NCBI GenBank assembly: GCA_947501605.1
Contig: CANMWZ010000028.1
Location: 1-53,063 of the forward strand
Length of the DNA stretch: 53,063 nucleotides
From: Planctomycetota bacterium
Lineage (GTDB): Bacteria; Planctomycetota; UBA1135; UBA2386
Direction of reading: 5' to 3'
The translations under genes and the position numbers were made by a program. This document shows, in pieces, positions 47,123-53,063 of this stretch; position 1 is the first letter of the stretch; each line of letters opens with the position of its first letter. Under the pieces are notes generated by a model. The model was not told where the DNA came from, ran no database searches, and saw nothing but the letters and a program-made list of their open reading frames with translations.

Positions 47123-47908
47123 GTGACCGCCACCACAAAGCACGCTTCTCGTGTCCTCGTCGAAGTCATCGCCGACAGTCCGAGCGGCGCGCTCCTCGCC
47201 GAACAGGCTGGCGCCGATCGCATCGAGCTCTGCTGCGCGGTCGCCGAGGGCGGACTGACACCGAGCCTCGGCTTGCTACGCGAGACGCTGGCCGTCGTCC
47301 GCATCCCCGTGGTGGCGATGCTGCGGCCGCGCCGCGGGGATTTTCTTTACGCCGCGGATGAGTTCCGCGTCATGCAGCGAGACTTGGACGTGCTGCTGCA
47401 GAACGGCGCCCATGGCATCGCCACCGGCGCCCTACTCGCCGACGGCGCCATCGACGAAATCCGCGTTGCCGAACTGGTCCGCGCCGCCGGCAGCGTGCCG
47501 GTGACGTTTCACCGTGCGTTCGACTGCGTGCGCGACCCTCAGCGCGCATTGGAGACGCTGGTGGACCTCGGCGTCGCGCGCCTGCTGACCTCGGGTCTCG
47601 CCGCGACAGCGACCGCAGGCGCCGCTCGGATCCGTGCTCTGCACGAGCAAGCGCGTTCGCGGCTGAGCATCATTGCCGGCGCCGGCGTGCGAGCGCACAA
47701 CGTAGCGGCGCTCCTGGTAGCGACCCGAGTGACCGAAGTGCACCTGTCGGCGAGCCGCTTTGACCCGAGCGCGATGCAGCACCGCAACCCCGCGGTAGCC
47801 ATGGGCACGCAGCCCGCCGTCGACGAGTTCTCGGTGCGCGCGACGGACGCGAACGAAATCGCAGGCGTCGCCAGCGCCGCGCGTGCCGCTACGCTGCCGC
47901 GACCATGA
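47123..47908 (+). CDS. cutC: Copper homeostasis protein CutC
   Basis: GADRIELC...EGGLTPS.G, MLRPRRGDFLY, TFHRAFD, RLLTSG, IAGAGV, EVHLS. Start GTG 47123 or 47117. Confidence 0.92.
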   Translation: MTATTKHASRVLVEVIADSPSGALLAEQAGADRIELCCAVAEGGLTPSLGLLRETLAVVRIPVVAMLRPRRGDFLYAADEFRVMQRDLDVLLQNGAHGIATGALLADGAIDEIRVAELVRAAGSVPVTFHRAFDCVRDPQRALETLVDLGVARLLTSGLAATATAGAARIRALHEQARSRLSIIAGAGVRAHNVAALLVATRVTEVHLSASRFDPSAMQHRNPAVAMGTQPAVDEFSVRATDANEIAGVASAARAATLPRP

Positions 47909-48372
47909 ACGATGCCGCCCTGGCCACGACCATCGACACACTGTGCGGCACGGCCGCTATGCCGCCGTGGGACGCGATCCTGGGCCGTCTGCTGCAGCAC
48001 TTCGACTGCGTGGTCGGCACGGTGCACCTGCTCGATGCAGGCGACGGCCTGCTCAAGCTGCGCGCGCATCAAGGCCTGCCGCCGCCGGTGGTCGACAAGG
48101 TGGCGGTGATCCCGATCGGCAAGGGCATGGCCGGCATCGCCGCCGAACGGCGCGAACCGGTGCAGGTGTGCAACCTGCAGACCGACGCCTCGGGGGTCGT
48201 ACGCGAAGGCGCGAAGATGACCCGCATGGAGGGCTCGCTCGCAGTACCGATGCTCGACGGCAAGCGACTGTGCGGAGTGCTCGGCGTCGCCAAGCCCGTG
48301 GAGTACGAGTTCACGGCCGCGCAGACGGAAGCCCTGATGGCCGTCGGCCAGGTGCTGGCAAAGCGCCTCTGA
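47905..48372 (+). CDS. Stand-alone GAF domain protein (MsrC/YebR-like fold)
   Basis: IPIGKGMAGIAA.RREPVQVCNLQTD, SLAVP, GVLGVA; ATGA overlap with cutC. Confidence 0.8.
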   Translation: MNDAALATTIDTLCGTAAMPPWDAILGRLLQHFDCVVGTVHLLDAGDGLLKLRAHQGLPPPVVDKVAVIPIGKGMAGIAAERREPVQVCNLQTDASGVVREGAKMTRMEGSLAVPMLDGKRLCGVLGVAKPVEYEFTAAQTEALMAVGQVLAKRL

Positions 48373-48404
48373 CACGGCGCCGACTTCGCCACCAGAAGCT
48401 CGTC

Positions 48405-49706
48405 TCAGCCGTCCCAGCCCACCCGCAGCGGTTCATCGAGCAGTTCCTGCACTGCGCTGCCGCCGCCGTTGAGCACCAACTGCTCGCGCTGCCACGTCAG
48501 CACCTTGCCGCGGGCTCCGCGATAGGCAACGTTGGCCAACAACACGGCCTCGGTCAGCGGCGCCGCATAGCCGAAGTGGCAACTCGGCAGCGTGCGGGCC
48601 TTGCAGGCCTCAATCCACTCGCGGTGGTGCCCCACCGACTTCGCGATCGTCTGGGGTGGCGGCACATAGCTCGCAAACGCCTCCTTGGGCCCGATCTCGT
48701 GGCTGTCGTAGTTGCTGATGAGCCAACCGTTCTTGCCGAGGAACAGCACGCCGTTCTTCCACTGCTGCAGCCCCCGCGCCGCCAGCTCGGCCGTTGGAAT
48801 CAAGTCGCCGCAGGCCCATCGCAGTCGCACGGCTTGGCGCGAGCCGCGCGCCGCGTAGAGGTAGTCGCATGCGAGACTGCGTGGCGCCCCTTCACTGTCG
48901 GGCTCCGGGCCATCCGCGCGCAACTCGACCGGAGCGTCGAGGTCCAAGGCCCAGAACGGCAGGTCCATGAAGTGGCAGGCCATGTCCGCCGTGGTGCCGC
49001 CGCCGAACGCCCAGTAGCGACGCCAGCCGGCGGGGTGGTAGGCGCTGCTGTAGTCGCGCTCCTTCTGCGGGCCAATCCACAAATCCCACTGCACGTGGGC
49101 CGGCACCGGTTCGATCTTCGGCAAGCCGGCACCACTCCAGTCGGTGCCGCCGACGTAGACGTGCACCTGTTCGATGTCGCCGATCGCGCCCGCGCGGATG
49201 GCCTCGACCACGCGACGGTAGTTTTCGTTGGCGTGGATCTGTGTACCCATCTGCGTGATCGCACCCACTTGCTCGGCGCGGATCTGCAGGCAGCGCGCCT
49301 GCGTGACCGTGTGCGTCAACGGCTTCTCGCAGTAGACGTCGAGGCGCTTGTGCAACGCCAGCATCGACGCCGGATAGTGCGTGTGGTCCGGCGTGCTGAC
49401 GACGATCGCGTCGAGCCCCGCCATCTCGATCATCTCGCGGAAGTCGACGAACACGCGCGCGTTCGGAAAGTCCTTGTGCGCGTCGACGAGGCGATGCCGA
49501 TCGATGTCACAGAGCGCGACGATGTCCTCGCCGCGCACCGAGGCGAGATTGTCGGCGCCTCGACCACTGACGCCAACCACACCGATCTTCAGCTTCTCCT
49601 CCGGCCGCTTCTTGCCGCGCGGCTTTGGCGAAGAGCACGACGGCAAGACGAGCGACGCGCCGGCGACGGCCGCATGGTGCAAGAACGAGCGACGAGTGGA
49701 GGCCAT
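48405..49706 (-). CDS. Tat-exported Gfo/Idh/MocA family oxidoreductase
   Basis: TRRSFL Tat motif; IGVVGVSGRG, VSTPDHTH, VYCEKPL, QMGTQ, WDLWIGP, DMACH. Confidence 0.92.
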   Translation of the reverse strand: MASTRRSFLHHAAVAGASLVLPSCSSPKPRGKKRPEEKLKIGVVGVSGRGADNLASVRGEDIVALCDIDRHRLVDAHKDFPNARVFVDFREMIEMAGLDAIVVSTPDHTHYPASMLALHKRLDVYCEKPLTHTVTQARCLQIRAEQVGAITQMGTQIHANENYRRVVEAIRAGAIGDIEQVHVYVGGTDWSGAGLPKIEPVPAHVQWDLWIGPQKERDYSSAYHPAGWRRYWAFGGGTTADMACHFMDLPFWALDLDAPVELRADGPEPDSEGAPRSLACDYLYAARGSRQAVRLRWACGDLIPTAELAARGLQQWKNGVLFLGKNGWLISNYDSHEIGPKEAFASYVPPPQTIAKSVGHHREWIEACKARTLPSCHFGYAAPLTEAVLLANVAYRGARGKVLTWQREQLVLNGGGSAVQELLDEPLRVGWDG

Positions 49707-50078
49707 ACTGCAGTGGGTACCGATCGCGCGCGGCGAGACAAGAGCCGGCCTGCGGAACAGGGTCGCAGCCGGGAGAAGTGCGTGCGGCAGGTGCCTTCGC
49801 GCGAGGGCACGCGACAACGGCAAAGGGCATCTGGGGCGCGAGCGGCTAGACATTTCTGTCCCACCATGCACTTCGGTCCAGCACGGCTCCGGGCCGGGCG
49901 GACGATCAGAGCTCCCATGCTATCGACGAGGTCATCCGCCGGCGCGCAGAACGACGCGTGGACCGTCACTGACGACAACTGCCTGCGCACAAGATCACAG
50001 TCGATGCCAGCGATCGAGGTGCCGACTACACCCTTGCAACGGAACGTCGCTCCTCAACTCGACTGCCGGTGCCAAAGC

Positions 50079-50627
50079 ATGAACCACAGCTACATTGGCT
50101 CCCCTGGCGACAACCAAGCGCGGCCGCTCGACCTCACCGCGGCGCTCACGGAATTGGCAACCCGGGACGGCCGCACGCTCGCTACCGCAACGGCTGCGAC
50201 GCTGGTCGATGGAGCAACCACGCCACTGTCGGTCGCAGAGATCTCGCCTGAGGACACAACCAATCTGGTGCGCTTCACCCGCCAGCAACGGCTCCGTGCA
50301 ACCAACGAGATCCGCGGCGTGCTCCTGGTGAAGTCCGGCGGCTTTGCCTGCGAACAGCCGTTTGCCATCGGCGAGGCCAATCTCAGGGTTGCGGTGCAAC
50401 GCCTGCGCGATCTTCAAGGCCGCACGACGAACTCAGTCTTCCTGCGCAATTGCTGGAACGACGACTTCTTGCGGTGGAAGCGTGAGGCTCAGGGTCAGGT
50501 GTGGGTCACCGGGCAGCTCAGTGGCACCTCCGGCAAGGAAGAGCAGAAGCTCTGCTTCGCTTTCCGTGCCGATAGCAGGTTCCTCATCCCATTTGCCGAC
50601 GCGCTCATGCGCCTGCTCGACAGTTGA
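50079..50627 (+). CDS. Hypothetical protein, C-terminal half resembling WapI-like immunity proteins
   Basis: 182-aa ORF filling the gap; C-terminal GQVWVTGQL...QKLCFAFRADSRFL..F...L pattern. Start uncertain. Confidence 0.5.
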   Translation: MNHSYIGSPGDNQARPLDLTAALTELATRDGRTLATATAATLVDGATTPLSVAEISPEDTTNLVRFTRQQRLRATNEIRGVLLVKSGGFACEQPFAIGEANLRVAVQRLRDLQGRTTNSVFLRNCWNDDFLRWKREAQGQVWVTGQLSGTSGKEEQKLCFAFRADSRFLIPFADALMRLLDS

Positions 50628-50704
50628 GCCGCAGCGACTGCGGGGCGTCGATCGAGCCAGTTGGGGTGCCCCCGCTGGCGGCCTCCTTGGTCCGCACTAT
50701 GCTC

Positions 50705-51877
50705 ATGCGTCCATTCATGCGCTGCATCCCCGTCGCGTTGTTGCTGTTCGTCCCGTGCGCCCTCGGGCAAGTGCCGCCTCAAGACGGCGGTGCCACCGCG
50801 CCCCAAGGCGGTGTCAGCGACCCGAACAAGGCTACCCCCGCTGACAACGGACCGAAGTGGGTCACGGAGAGCACCCGGTCGCTCGAGGTGCCCATCGGTG
50901 CAACGGACGTGGTTGGCAAGTTCGCATTCGTCAATCCGAGCGATGCCACTGTGGAGTTCCGCGAGATGAATGCCTCGTGCGCGTGCACGAGCAGCACCAT
51001 CCGCATCGGGGAGCGCACCTTCGTCCTGATCCCGAAGCCGAAGTCCCTGCTCCAGGTAGTCACGACGCCAGAAGGGGAGAAGCGCGTGCCCGTGGCCTCG
51101 ATCTCGGTCGGCCCGCGCGAGAGCGGCGAGTTCGAGCTGCACCTCGACATGAGTGGCAGCACCAGCAAATCCGTCAGCCTCGACGTGCACACGACCGATC
51201 CTGCGTCGCCGATGCTGCACCTCACCATCAACGCGCTGGGCCAACGGGTGCTCATTGTCGAGCCAGAGGAGGTGGACTTGGGGATCGTCGAGCCGCGAGC
51301 CAAACGCGAGTTCTCGGTCCGGGTGCACTCGAAGGTCACCAAGGACTTCAACATCGAGAACAACGCGGATCTACCGCCAAACGTCACGGCCACCTGGGAG
51401 AAGACCATGGTCGATGGCGCCGCCACGTGGACCCTGCACGGCGTCTACACGGCGAGCGACAAGCGCGTAGCCGGGGCACCTGAAATGGACGCGGTCGGTG
51501 TCAAGTTCGCGACCGACCTCAGCACCGAGAAACAGATCGTCCTTCGCGTCGTCGCCAAGATCGGTCGGCCGGTCGAGGTCGCGCCAAGCTTCTTGTCGCT
51601 CGGCCAACTTCGCCAGGGCAAGGCCCGGACCGAATCGCTGCGCCTCCATCGCACGGACGGAGCGACTCTCGCGGTCACGTCGGTCAAGTTCGAAAACCTC
51701 TCGCTGCCGCAACAGTTCGTCACGGCAACGATCAAGCAAGACGGCGCCGCCACCACGGTCGAGATCACGATCGCCGAGAACGCCCCGCGCGGACTGTTGC
51801 GCGGCGACATCGTCATCGAGCTGGATCACCCGCAGGTGACGGAGCAGCGCGTCTTGTTCAACGGCTTCATTCGCTGA
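50705..51877 (+). CDS. Secreted DUF1573 (Ig-like) domain protein
   Basis: Signal peptide; F.F.N...MNASCACT DUF1573 motif; further Ig-like repeats (VDLG.V, LSLGQL). Start could be 50699, 50705 or 50717. Confidence 0.78.
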   Translation: MRPFMRCIPVALLLFVPCALGQVPPQDGGATAPQGGVSDPNKATPADNGPKWVTESTRSLEVPIGATDVVGKFAFVNPSDATVEFREMNASCACTSSTIRIGERTFVLIPKPKSLLQVVTTPEGEKRVPVASISVGPRESGEFELHLDMSGSTSKSVSLDVHTTDPASPMLHLTINALGQRVLIVEPEEVDLGIVEPRAKREFSVRVHSKVTKDFNIENNADLPPNVTATWEKTMVDGAATWTLHGVYTASDKRVAGAPEMDAVGVKFATDLSTEKQIVLRVVAKIGRPVEVAPSFLSLGQLRQGKARTESLRLHRTDGATLAVTSVKFENLSLPQQFVTATIKQDGAATTVEITIAENAPRGLLRGDIVIELDHPQVTEQRVLFNGFIR

Positions 51878-52850
51878 ACGATCGCGCACCCTGCGCACGG
51901 CCGCGGCGCCAGAGCAGCACCGCCACCGCGACCAGAGCCAGTCCCGCGAGGGCGAGGCCACCAAGACGACTCTCGGTCGCGTCCAGCGCGGGAGCCTGCG
52001 TATCCTCTGCGGCACTGCGGCCGGCTGGCGCTCCGACGCCGACCTCCGCAGACTGCACCGCATCCGGCGCGGAATGCACCGGCCCGGTCAGCTTGTTCGC
52101 GCCGGCCGTTAGGGCATTGGCCGCGGCCGGCGCACTCGATCCTCCTACCTTGGGGCCGGCTAGCGCCGCCGCTTCGGGCTCGGCCACCGGCGGGTTCTGC
52201 ACCGAGATCTCGATCTCGATCTCGTCGGAGTAGGGTTCGCGCGTGCCGCCAGTCTTGCCGTCATGCAGTTGGTAGGTGAATGCGAGTTTCACGGGGTAGA
52301 GCGCCGGCCGGGCGTTGGCATCGACGGTGATCGGCACGTCGAAGATGGCGTAGTCATCGAACGCTGCCCGTCCCTTGAGCGCTGGCGCTCGGCCAGCGGA
52401 CTTGACCGCCCGGAAGACGGGAACACCGAGTCCGATCGAAGCCTGCCTGGCTTCGGTCTGGAAGGTCATCGGCGGCGGGTCGAGCATGACTGTGTCCCCC
52501 ACGAATGCCATGACGACAGTGATGGTCCCCATGCCACCGGGTGCAAGCTTCTTCGGCGAGCAACTCGACTCGAAGCGCACGACACCGGCCTTCGCGCCCT
52601 TGACCTCGAGCGGCGCCTTAGGCACCGGCTTGGCGATTGGCGCCGCCTCGACTTGCAACTTGCCGGCCTTGCGCACGGCCTCTTCGCGTTCGGCCTCAAG
52701 GCGAAGGACTGCCGCCTTCTCCGCACTGATGGGCGGATCCTGCGCCGGCACGCTCGCGAGCACCACGGCAAGGATAGTGAGCAGCCGGGCCGCCCGCAGC
52801 GGCAAGAGACACGTCATTGTAGGCAACCCGTCATAGGCAATAGGGAACAT
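51867..52850 (-). CDS. Exported protein with DsbD-N-like Ig domain, Ala/Pro linker and C-terminal membrane anchor
   Basis: Signal ending VPA-Q; PITVDA...VKLAFTYQLHDGKTG; C-terminal LGGLALAGLALVAVAVLLWRRGR. Start uncertain. Confidence 0.6.
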   Translation of the reverse strand: MFPIAYDGLPTMTCLLPLRAARLLTILAVVLASVPAQDPPISAEKAAVLRLEAEREEAVRKAGKLQVEAAPIAKPVPKAPLEVKGAKAGVVRFESSCSPKKLAPGGMGTITVVMAFVGDTVMLDPPPMTFQTEARQASIGLGVPVFRAVKSAGRAPALKGRAAFDDYAIFDVPITVDANARPALYPVKLAFTYQLHDGKTGGTREPYSDEIEIEISVQNPPVAEPEAAALAGPKVGGSSAPAAANALTAGANKLTGPVHSAPDAVQSAEVGVGAPAGRSAAEDTQAPALDATESRLGGLALAGLALVAVAVLLWRRGRAQGARSFSE

Positions 52851-53063
52851 ACATCGGTTGCACCGCTGTCAGCCTGGCGCCTCCGCAAATGCGGCTGCGT
52901 GGACAACCCGGCAGCCACGGCGGCTGTGCATCCCTAGTCGCAACCCTAGTGCGTTTATCCCTCGCAGCCCTCGTTCGCGCAGCCCTTGCGGTCAATCGCA
53001 TCGAGGGGCCGAACCGAGGACTTCCAGTTTTCTTCCCACGAGTAGACGGCGCAGATTAGGATT

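Noticed and set aside
49791..49810. Hairpin gtgccttc-gcgc-gagggcac as terminator or riboswitch
   Set aside because: No U-tract, it lies between divergent genes, and short GC stems are common at this composition.
47883..50078. 914-aa ORF 47883..50627
   Set aside because: Most of it is off-frame to the GAF gene and antisense to the Gfo/Idh/MocA gene. Only the last ~182 codons look like a real gene.

Overview
A gene-dense, GC-rich chromosomal segment that is very probably from a Planctomycetota bacterium. The lineage markers are a DUF1501 protein, a DUF1549/DUF1553 cytochrome-c-type protein, a PVC-type heme-binding CxxCH protein, a HEAT-vWA protein and a membrane-anchored ECF sigma factor with carboxypeptidase-regulatory-like repeats. 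I support about 42 protein-coding loci, many of them secreted proteins or lipoproteins. Recognisable genes are an NAD-linked formate dehydrogenase operon fdsGBAD (no fdsC or fdsR here), a short actinobacterial-type xylose isomerase xylA followed by a 22-bp tandem repeat, rsmE, yaeQ, cutC, an Rsm22/METTL17-like methyltransferase, a vanadium haloperoxidase-family lipoprotein, two membrane-anchored trypsin-like proteases and a chemoreceptor split by a single-base frameshift. I saw no tRNA, rRNA, CRISPR array, integrase or transposase. The best candidate for an undescribed system is a stand-alone LanC-like cyclase with a signal peptide and a ProcM-type Cys-Cys-Gly zinc motif. It has no LanA/LanB/LanM partner in the window and is divergently paired with a methyltransferase-TIM-barrel fusion and an NTF2-like lipoprotein. 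A window-wide TAnnnT-N6-10-start codon pattern suggests widespread leaderless transcription. All family calls come from motif recognition by eye, not from database searches.
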